A stretch of 64,000 nucleotides of DNA from Lingula anatina (taxonomy: Eukaryota; Animalia; Brachiopoda), in assembly GCA_051362555.1 (NCBI GenBank), contig CM120641.1, forward strand, positions 5,518,001 to 5,582,000, in the 5' to 3' direction. Shown here one piece after another: positions 35,694 to 59,000 of the stretch (its first letter is position 1; each line of letters opens with the position of its first letter). The notes beneath the pieces are model-generated. The model made no database searches and was not told where the DNA came from. It saw only the letters and a list, made by a program, of their open reading frames with translations. The translations under genes and the position numbers were made by a program.

Positions 35694-36372
35694 AGTTGAC
35701 CTTTTCCCTAAAATTTCAAATTTTTTTAATTTGCAATAAACATATGCTAACAACATAAATGGTAGATCAGATCGTTGTATTTTAGCCTAAAATTTAGTTG
35801 TTTTTTTTTTTTTGTTTTTTTTGGCCCGAGCGGCGAGTCTGAAGCTTCACTTTGTACTATTTATGTTGGGTAAATGTTTTCAAGCAGTGATCAGCTGCTC
35901 TACTAAGGTGTACCTTCTTTATTCTGTTTTACTTTATATTTACTATATAACTTTTCTGTCCCATCTATCTTACAATCAACGATTAACTACATCAACATAT
36001 ATAATATTTGTTACCTTATTTCTGAAAAACCACGTTGTGCTCTATATTGCGGGTGGTGGGTACTTGAGTAAACGAGCATTTCCCCGATAATTAACTATGT
36101 AAAGTATATTTAACATAGTTAAACAAAATATCAGACGAGCTATATTATTTGCTTAAATAAGGGTGTTTTGTCAAGAAATATTTTTATGGCATTTTTATTA
36201 TCAAACTATTTTCAAATGCTATGTCGTTATCTATATCGTACCAATTTTTGGCATTCACACAACAACGTATTCGGTGCCGGGGAAATGAAATAATTTAAGA
36301 ATACTGGTTTATGCCTCTTTAATTAGGTGTATTTAACATTTCTATCTAGACTGTAACTTAGATTCATTAAGG
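35694..36372. promoter_or_regulatory. Compact bidirectional promoter/5'UTR region shared by GAR1 and DDX46
   Basis: The divergent ATGs are 680 bp apart (35693 and 36373). Each ATG is preceded by an acceptor-like site (minus ~35708; plus ~36349), implying short non-coding first exons in between. CpGs are locally enriched. Confidence 0.65.
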
Positions 36373-48159
<11,787 letters not shown>

Positions 48160-49829
48160 TAAGGTTGGACAGTGCAGAAGATTCTCCAGCAAATCTACAG
48201 GAATTTTATTTTAAAATTCTCCATAACATTTTTATAGAAATATATACTTCACATATTTCAGAATTAATATTTTGTAGATTAATGATGTGTGCATACTGCC
48301 CAAGTTTGACTGATCTCAGTTTCCTACAATAGGCGAAATCCAAACTGTGTTCTTCAAAAATAGCTGCAGAAATGAACTTCAGAATTGATTTTATTTGTGT
48401 CTTTTTATGATCATTTAGGGGTAAGGATGTCCCGGTATAATTTTATTGGATAAGATCCACAAGACTAAAAATATCTCATAAATCTTACTTGGCGTCCAGA
48501 TGAAGACTTATCATTGTTTGAAGATGATTTGGGCTTTGTAAACATTTGATTTTATTGTGTCATGTAGATAACCAGTGCACAGGAAAATATGTAATAAAAT
48601 GTACATATATAAATCTAAGCATTATATATATTCATTGGATATGTGGGTCTCATCAAATAATATTCTAGGATATATCATATAAGCCCTAATTTAATAATAG
48701 CATTTGAGACTTCTAAGAAGAGGAATGATTCTTTAATCTCTAAAGCTGTTTTTATTCCATGTGCACATCATGAAAAAGGCTGTCTAAAAATTAAGATTTT
48801 ATTTCACCACACTTGTAAACATTTGTATTTACAACAAAATTTACAATTTTATATTTACACACGTCTTGAATAGTATTTGTAGAATTTGTAGATTTATATA
48901 AATGGTAGTAATATTGATTCTTCATTTCATCCTTACGGCTATTCATGAGTAGTTGTGACATATTTCACAAATGAACTACTACTTCTAAACAAATTATCAG
49001 AAACTTGATCAAACATTATCTCCAATTTCAAGGAAAAAAATCAAGAAAATGGATTGCCATATAACTGATTTTAAAGTACATTTAAAAGGACATAAAACAT
49101 TTAATAATGAAGAGCACTTGTGTTGAAAATCCACATAAAATGTGTATACAATATGACTGACATGAGATCAGGATAATTTAAACATCTATAAATGTTTTCA
49201 TAAAAACAAGACCTACAAGCCTTAGTCTGCAGCTACAACTTTTGCTTTCCTTTCACTCCTCATATATTTCAATTTTTGTTCCTTCCTTTGTTCAGCATTA
49301 TACTGTAGTGTACTTTAATTCTTATAATCCCAAAAAAGTCCACCTGCACCCTTCTAACTCGTGGTGGAAAATTTTGAACCTTTCAAGGATTTCCATTTAA
49401 CAAAATATATTGTTTTCATAGTAGAAAAAAGCAGCCAATCAATAACTGGCTCATTCAACTTAAAATCATTATTGTTTTTAAAAATATACACATTGCAGTT
49501 CATTAGAGGTAAAGAATGAGAGATAAGCTTTAAACAAGAAGTCACAGACTTCAGGATTCAAATTGTTGTTCTTATAAAAGTCCACTTATGTGCTATCATG
49601 AATACCACTGAAAATGGTGAAATGCCACCCTTTTCAAAAAGGACGTATTTATGGACGGTGTATAGAAGAACATCACGTGCACAAAGTGCATTATGGACAT
49701 GGATTGAAAACTTTTATCAAAATGGTCCTGGCATGAAAATTCAATTTGTTTTTATTTACATACCTGGGTGGATGGTTTCAGCTAAATTCCAGTTAAATTA
49801 AACTACAATAAATATTACTTTAAGAAATA

Positions 49830-50030
49830 AACACATCAGCAGAAAATCAGCCTCTTCTTCCACAAAGTTGATCATCCTACTCCAATAATGAAAAACTCTT
49901 AACCTCGTAAAGGCAGATATTTATTCTTCCACAAACTTCATGTCCTCTTCATCTCATAATAAAGACAACTAATCCTCAGTGAAATCAGCGACCTCTTCCT
50001 CCACAAACTCTTCTCCATCCTCCTCTGGTG
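49830..50030 (-). repeat. Degenerate ~70-bp three-copy tandem repeat spanning the IFT140 C-terminal codons and proximal 3'UTR
   Basis: The core tc(t/c)tccacaaa recurs (ccacaaa at 50001, 49929 and 49860; periods 72 and 69). The copies read [21 protein letters not shown] and INFVEEEADF. Confidence 0.7.
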
Positions 50031-53000
50031 ATGCGCTACGAACTCCATTTGTCCTCTCAGCTCCGATACCACGTCCTAGTGGAATGTCCAGTGCCTGATG
50101 GATGGCCTCTATTGTCCTCATGTTTACATAGTATGCCATATTGACTGTGGGAATCTTGTTGCGCATCTCCTCCATAGTTGAGTAAGCCTGTGGTAAATAT
50201 TTATATCTTATAAGAAATATCACTTATTATTTAGCTCTTTAATTCATAAAAAAAAAATTGCAAATGACAAGGGGAAATACCTGTGGAGAAAAATGAAATC
50301 ACAAATTATTCAAATTATGACTTTGTCATAAGTAATAAATGCACATATCGTATAAATAATCTTAAAACCAGTTATCTGATGTAACACTTCTTTTGTTATA
50401 TTGACACCAAATCATTTGTTTCAAACCTCCCCATATCAACAGTTAATATTTAATATTTTTTTCTCAAAAATACATTTTGAAAGGCTTTGCTCTACAACAT
50501 AAAGCGGTCTTGTAAATTAATACAATGTCTTTGTTAACGAGAACAACTTTATGGTTTTTAAACAGTAAATAAAGATTAAAAACTTATTTATCAAACTAAT
50601 GTTTCAGTGAAAATGATTTTGCTCAAAAAATTAAATAAAAATTAACACCAGTGGTAATGCTAAAACTACTATGTCAATGTTATGGCTATTCTTACAGCTT
50701 TCCATTTCTCCTTCCTGGCATAGTGTTCAATAGTAAAACCATAGACATCTCCCATTCTGACAGCACTGTCCAGGTCTGGGTCCTCTAGCAATACCTGACA
50801 CTGCTTCACTGCCTCATCTGGATCTTCATCATACACTCTGGAATTGGTGATACTTTTATTTATCAAATATTCTAAAATCATCCACCCATGTATCACTTTC
50901 ACCTATTCCATTCATGAAGCATAGGTCATGAAGGAACCCTGTGCACAAGTGATATTTCCAAAAGAATTTTTCTAAAAGGTGATATTAATATAAAATTATT
51001 TAAATGGTTGAACTTAATACAAAAAGATAAGTAAAATATACTTTTAAGTATGGTATTAAAATACCATAAATGTTGAGTAAGGGTGCTTTCCCAGAGATTT
51101 AGATCGATCTAAAGATTAAGTTTTAGATTGACCTAACTCCCTGGGGGTTCAAGCTAAATTGCAGTCAGCCGAGCGGGCACCATAGTAAATTACCCCCTTA
51201 CAGCTTTTAGTAGGTGGGACAGACGCTTAAGCCGGCCAAGCTGACAGTAATCTAGTGAGACTCCCCACAGGGATAGATTGATCTAAAAATCTATGGAAAT
51301 GGGGTGTAATATTTTAAAAACAGTATTTGTACAATAATATCCACATACCTTCTAGCTTGCACAAATTTCTTAATGAGATTTATCCTCTGTTTAAAAGCAG
51401 CCAGCTTTTCCTCTTGCAGAGACTGGTTCTTCATCTTTGCCTTGGCCATGCACTTGTAGGCTTCGTTTAAGGCACCCAGAGCTTTGTCATAGTTCTGGTA
51501 TTCATCAATTTCAACCTTATGGAGAAAACATACCTCTCAGTCTTTGCACACATTTTGACATGCATTTCTAAAATTCAGTTCATAACAGAATGGAAAATAA
51601 GTTATTGATGTTTAGGAAATGACCCTTTCCACTGCAGTCAACTCCTTTCCAATTTTGTAGAGGAATACTGTGAAACTAATTTATTATACTTTCATGACAA
51701 ACAGTTCTTCTGTATTATAAATAAAAGTAAAATGCAATCATGTAAATATTTTATCATATCTATATCAATACAACCAGTTTTTACCTGTGCACAAGCATCA
51801 TAAAAGCCTGCCAGTAGATCTAGTGCCCTGCCTTTGGTGTAGAACCCGATGATATTCTTCATGATTTCTGGGTCTTTCCTCCAGTCTAGGGACTGCAAAT
51901 AGTTGGCTGCCATCACGTAGATCTCCTTCTGTCTGGACACTCCAGCAAAGAACACTATCCTTTCTGTGTCACCAGATTTAAGGAGTGCTTTCATGGCCTG
52001 TACAACAAGGGAAGGACAATATTAACTTATGGGAAGCAGGCTTTAGATATTGATTCCAAGTAAAAAGATGATATAATTAGTGTTTTCAGAATAGATAAAT
52101 ACAAACAATCCCGTGAATTGAATAAGGATAAGATAAAGAGCTCACTCTGTGTTTAAAAAAAAACTTTCAAAAAATAGAGAAAATTATGCTTTTTGTTAAA
52201 TACTACAAAAGTAAATGCTCACTTAACATTTACTAAGTTTACTTTTAATTGTCACTGTGGAAAGAGGTTTCATAGCTCTTACCTTAATCTTATTTCCAGC
52301 CTGTGTGTATTTCTTTGTAGCTATGTGATACTGTCTTTGTTGCAGGCAGATCTCTGCAATTCCCTCCAGTACTTTGGTTCTCTCCTCTTGTTCATTTTCA
52401 GCCATGGCTTTGGGTGGGGTCAGTTTCTCTCCCAGTTCCTCCGTCATGGGCACATTATGCTGGGCACACAGTTTTAATGCTTCCCAGTACTACAACAGTT
52501 ATAAAGGTTAAACAGGGTTAAAATTGAATGAATGATTTTCCAGAGCTACAATATTATTCGTCTGATTATTTACCATTCACTTACATAAGTAACAGATATG
52601 TAAAGAAAAGAGGCTGTATCAGATTTTTTTCTTTACATTATGCAAAAAAAAAAAAAAAAAAAATACCAGAACTTCTAAAGAAATGAAAGCATGTGAGAGT
52701 CACATAAGTAAAAAAAAAACAATAAAATGAGATAGATAAAATTGGCTTCACCCTCTTTCCAATTGCCAGTAAATCCACAGCTCTATCATTCTGTCCATTT
52801 TCCATGAAGAAATCAGCACAGCGCTGTAACAGTTCAGGGTCTGTCTTCTCATCCAGGTCCCCAGCAATGAGCTGCAGAGCACCAAACTGCCTGGTAGTGA
52901 AGGCCAACTCTAGTGCTTTGGAGAAGTTGCCAGACTGAAGTAAAAAGAAATCTGTCAGTTGTGTTGTTGAATGATGTGCAAAAAATATAGTAAAGTTGGT

Positions 53001-56000
53001 TATAATTATAAAACAAAATAACCAACAAATGAGAAAAATTGCCAAAAAATTACCCATGCTATTCTACTCAAATATCATTCCCATTAGAACTTTATAAATT
53101 CTAAATTAATCTGTCAGTGAAAAGTGAATATCATTTTTGATATTTCCACCAAAGAAAATAGATGTCTTACTAATTGGACTGAAGCATTTCTATTATGTAG
53201 CAAAGTTTAAATTAATGATAGAGTGAGCTTAGACTGTTTTGTGCCTCACCAGACTCACACCCCCCACTCTCAATCACTCACTCTCCACCCCCCCCTCCCC
53301 CCCACCTTCCACTATCCCATCTCCCTTCACCATTTCATTCACAGTTTACTACTTACCTTATGGTACAGCATGACAGCCTTGTCCTGGCACCCTGGCTTGT
53401 CCTCATAATACCTGGCTGCCTCCATCATGTCATGTGGGTTACTTAATAAGGCCAAGTTCATCAGCTGATCTTCTAGGCCATTTTCCTTAAATTTTGCAAA
53501 GAAATATTTGTGTTAATTACAAATGGTCTTTAATGATAAGGTGGACATTAATTTTTAATGTTCCATGAATCATTATTTGGCATTCATTAATTAGTTTTTA
53601 GTCAGGGATATGGAAAAGGAATAAAAGGAAACATTTCATTGTCAAACTTTATCTAAACATTTCAATTTAAAATACCTAGCAGATTATGACTGCCATACCT
53701 TGCAGAGTCTGATGGCATTTCCATATGCCTGTGCTCTGGTGAAGAAGTGGATGGATTCCCTGATGTTCTCCTGGTTTTCATACTGCCTTGCCAAGTGATA
53801 ACATGCCGCTCTGTCACCAGTTTCATTGCAGATTTCTGCTGCCTGGATGTCAAGTAATTATATCAAGATAAAAACATGGAAGTTCATTTTATACTTAGTG
53901 ATGTCAATTTCTTTTCATTGTGAAAGTAACTTATTCATATTTAGACAAGATTTAATTTGTACATTTTATGAAAATATATAGCAGAAAATGGAGATTTAAG
54001 GACAGATATGTGTGATGGAGGGCCTAAGAAAAATGTATCCTTTGTATTTTTTTTCTAACATAAGTTTACAGCCTGGAATATGGTTCCTTTAATATTCTTA
54101 TTACTCTCTTTAATTCAGTGAGTTGTCAGTAACATACAAGTACATTAAAATCAAAACATTCCCCACCTTGTCCAGGTTACCACAGTAGCAGTAAACCCTG
54201 ACTAGTGATAAGAAGTCCTGAGCTGCTTCATAAAACTGAAGAGCAGTTTCCATTTCCCCTGTACTCTCCATGTATTGGGCCCACCACTTACGCAGTGCTC
54301 TGAAATGAAAAGATTACACCATTATTTCCATTTATCAGTAAAGTGGAAAATGATCTAAATTAATAACATGCATTTGGACAACTCATTTTAAATGTGCTTC
54401 AAGTTTTTTTTCAGATGAAAAGAAATAATTTCATAAGACATTTTTGAAAGGTCATTCCACTTCTTCCTAGTAACAAGAATCAACTGCTTATGATTTCTCT
54501 TTGAGCGTTTATTCTATTAAACAATTCAAAAACAAAAGCACTTACTTGTCTTTGGTCCTCATTATGTATGCTTCCAATTCAGAAGTTTCTTCAAACAGCA
54601 TCCTTGGCACTTCAAACCTGTGTGTATCTGACTTTTCAAAGCTGGAAAAAAAATGGGTTGGATATTAAGAACATAATGGCGGAGTTATACCATAATATCA
54701 TCATCATTACCATCATCATCATTATAAGATCCACTTGGCAAGACTATACAGACATTAGTTGTATTACTAGCAATAATTTAAATATCTTCAAAGGCAATAA
54801 ATTCCTATGTACATTTGGCAGAGGTGACAAGCATATACATTTACCAAATAGAAGACTTGACAGGTAATGATGACTATATTTCAAGAGCATCCCACCTTTG
54901 AATAAATTGAACAAGATTCTAGGCCTTACAAGTTACAACATAAATCTTTTCTCAAAAATACTTGTTGTATACAATGACTGATAAAGATTGCAGACACCTT
55001 TAAAGAAGGGGGCTTACTTTGGAATGGCAGCTTTGATGTCTCCTTTGGCCTCCAAATACTTCGCATAGTTGTAATAAGTTGTCCTCAAGTGAATTCTGTC
55101 ATACATTTCTGCAGTTTCTAAAGCCTGTGGGATAAGCATTGTCCGAATTGTGAGATTAAATGTAAACCCAAACACAAGAATTAAACTAGAGGATCAGAGA
55201 GGCGATACCGCCTCCGAATATTGTACCACCAGCTGGAGCAAGCGCATTCGCATAGACCCCCACATACACAAAATAAGGGACACAGCCACCAGTCTTATGC
55301 TTGACAAGCTATAAAAATGCAATCAACAAGAATTTTCAAAATACGCAAAAAATATATATAACTTAAAATGGTACAATCAAAGTTAAGTTCATCGTAAGGT
55401 AGGTCAAAGGTCAATTTCAAGGTCACAGTAAATTGCCAGTATATGACTTCCTATTCAACTTCAATAGTAACTATGGACCTATCTCTGCCAGGTTTGGAGT
55501 TAAAAGAGAAAGAAATTAGCAGAGTTCAGTTCATGATTATAAGTAGGTCAAAGGTCAATTTCAAGGTCACACTTAGATTGCCAGTATATGACTTCCTATT
55601 CAAGTTCAATAGTAACTATGGACATATCTCGCTAGTTTTGGAAATAAAAGGGAACCAAAATTTGCAAAGTTCAATTCATGATAAAAAGTAGGTCAAAGGT
55701 CAATTTCAAGGTCACATTTAGATTGCCAGTATATGACTTCCTATTCAAGTTCAAAAGTAACTATGGACCTATCTCTGCCAGTTTTGGAGATAAAAGGGAA
55801 GCAAAATTTCCAAAGTTCAGTTCATGGTGAAAGGTAAGTCAAAGGTCAATTTCAAGGTCACATTTAATTTGCCAGTATATGACTTCATATTCAAGTTCAA
55901 TAGAAACTATGGACCTATCTCTGCCAGTTTTGGAGATAAAAGGGAGGCAAATTTTGCAAAGTTCAGTTCATGGTGAAAAGTAGGTCAAAGGTCAATTTCA

Positions 56001-59000
56001 AGGTCACAGTAAGATTGCCAGTACATGACTTCCTATTCAACTTCAATAGTAACTATGGACTTATCTCTGCCAGTTTTGGAGATATAAGGGACTAAATGTT
56101 ATAAATTTGGAGTTACCATAATGTGCCATAAATTTCCTACGGAAAAAATTAATTAAAATTAAGAAAAGGTCATTTTGGTAAAAATTCTTGAAATGGGAGG
56201 TGCTCTGAAGTTCCAGATGTTCAAAATTGATGAAATAATGTCATTTTCGACCACAAGTTGCCTGCTTTGCCAAGCCTTATGTTTTATTTTTCCGGAGTTC
56301 AAAATTTATTATCCATTACCGTACTGCACATTTTGCTTTAACCACCAAAATGTACTTTTTGATACAGCATAACTTTGGAGATAAAAGGGAAGCAAAATTT
56401 GCAAAGTTCAGTTCATGATGAAAAGTAGGTCAAAGGTCAATTTCAAGGTCACAGAAAGATTGCCAGTATATGACAATCGGCAATCCTCGGCCAATTCCGC
56501 AAGCTCCATACTAACCTCTGATGTGATAGGCGGAGAAATATGCACCAAATCCATGCATTTTGTCCGCCGGAAATGCCTTCTCACTCAATCGATCATTACG
56601 CTCATAAAGATGGCTGTCAATATCCCTGATTTTTATGATGCTTTACAGTTTGCCAAACAATGCACTAAGATTGACTTTGATTTAAAGGATAAATAGATAC
56701 AGGCGTTGAAAGAATTAGGTTTAAATTAGCGCGAGGTTGAAAGTAGTTCCTTCCCAACAATCAACAATCAAATATGGCTGCCTCCGTATTACGTCCGAGG
56801 TTATTGTCGAGTGCGGAGACATCCGAGTAGTTCCGAGTGAGTATATGATTTCCTATTCAAGTTCAAGAGTAACTATGGACCTATCTCTGCCAGTTTTGGA
56901 GATAAAAGGGAACCAAAATTTGCAAAGTTCAATTCATGATAAGACATTTAGATTGCCAGTATATGACTTCCTATTCAACTTCAACAGTAACTATGGACCT
57001 ATCTCTGCCAGTTTTGGAGATAAAAGGGAAGCAAAATTTGCAAAGTTCAGTTCATGGTGAAAAGTAGGTCAAAGGTCAATTTCAAGGTCACATTTAGATT
57101 GCCAGTATATGACTTCATATTCAAGTTCAATAGAAACTATGGACCTATCTCTGCCAGTTTTGGAGATAAAAGGGAGGCAAAATTTGCAAAGTTCAGTTCA
57201 TGGTGAAAAGTAGGTCAAAGGTCAATTTTAAGGTCACATTTAGATTGCCAGTATATGACTTCCTATTCAACTTCAATAGTAACTATGGACCTATCTCTGC
57301 CAGTTTTGGAGATAAAAGGGAAGCAAAATTTGCAAAGTTCAGTTTATGGTGAAAAGTAGGTCAAAGGTCAATTTCAAGGTCACAGTAAGATTGCCAGTAT
57401 ATGACTTCCTATTCAAGTTCAATAGAAAGTATGGACCTATCTCTGCCAGTTTTGGAGATATAAGGGACTAAATGTGATAATTTTGGAGTTACCATAATGT
57501 GCCATAAATTTCCTACGGAAAAAATTAATTAAAATAAAGAAAAGGTCATTTTGGTAAAAATTCTTGAAATGGGAGGTGCTCTGAAGTTCCAGATGTTCAA
57601 ATTTGATGAAATAATGTCATTTTCGACCACAAGTTGCCTGCTTTGCCAAGCCTTATGTTTTATTTTTCCGGAGTTCAAAATTTATTATCCATTACCGTAC
57701 TGCACATTTTGCTTTAACCACCAAAATGTACTTTTTGATACAGCGTAACTTTGGAGTGTAGGGAAGCAAAATTTGCAAAGTTCAGTTCATGATGAAAAGT
57801 AGGTCAAAGGTCAATTTCAAGGTCACAGTAAGATTGCCAGTATATGACTTCCTATTCAAGTTCAATAGTAACTATGGATTTATCTCTGCCAGTTTTGGAG
57901 ATAAAAGGGAACCAAAATTTGCAAAGTTCAATTCATGATAAAAAGTAGGTCAAAGGTCAATTTCAAGGTCACATTTAGATTGCCAGTATATGACTTCCTA
58001 TTCAACTTCAACAGTAACTATGGACCTATCTCTGCCAGGTTTGGAGTTAAAAGAGAAAGAAATTAGCAGAGTTCAGTTCATGGTGAAAAGTAGGTCAAAG
58101 GTCAATTTTAAGGTCACATTTAGATTGCCAGTATATGACTTCCTATTCAACTTCAATAGTAACTATGGACCTATCTCTGCTAGTTTTGGAGATAAAAGGG
58201 AAGCAAAATTTGCAAAGTTCAGTTCATGGTGAAAAGTAGGTCAAAGGTCAATTTCAAGGTCACATTTAGATTGCCAGTATATGACTTCATATTCAAGTTC
58301 AATAGAAACTATGGACCTATCTCTGCCAGTTTTGGAGATAAAAGGGAGGCAAAATTTGCAAAGTTCAGTTCATGGTGAAAAGTAGGTCAAAGGTCAATTT
58401 TAAGGTCACATTTAGATTGCCAGTATATGACTTCCTATTCAACTTCAATAGTAACTATGGACCTATCTCTGCCAGTTTTGGAGATAAAAGGGAAGCAAAA
58501 TTTGCAAAGTTCAGTTTATGGTGAAAAGTAGGTCAAAGGTCAATTTCAAGGTCACAGTAAGATTGCCAGTATATGACTTCCTATTCAAGTTCAATAGAAA
58601 GTATGGACCTATCTCTGCCAGTTTTGGAGATATAAGGGACTAAATGTGATAATTTTGGAGTTACCATAATGTGCCATAAATTTCCTACGGAAAAAATTAA
58701 TTAAAATAAAGAAAAGGTCATTTTGGTAAAAATTCTTGAAATGGGAGGTGCTCTGAAGTTCCAGATGTTCAAATTTGATGAAATAATGTCATTTTCGACC
58801 ACAAGTTGCCTGCTTTGCCAAGCCTTATGTTTTATTTTTCCGGAGTTCAAAATTTATTATCCATTACCGTACTGCACATTTTGCTTTAACCACCAAAATG
58901 TACTTTTTGATACAGCGTAACTTTGGAGTGTAGGGAAGCAAAATTTGCAAAGTTCAGTTCATGATGAAAAGTAGGTCAAAGGTCAATTTCAAGGTCACAG

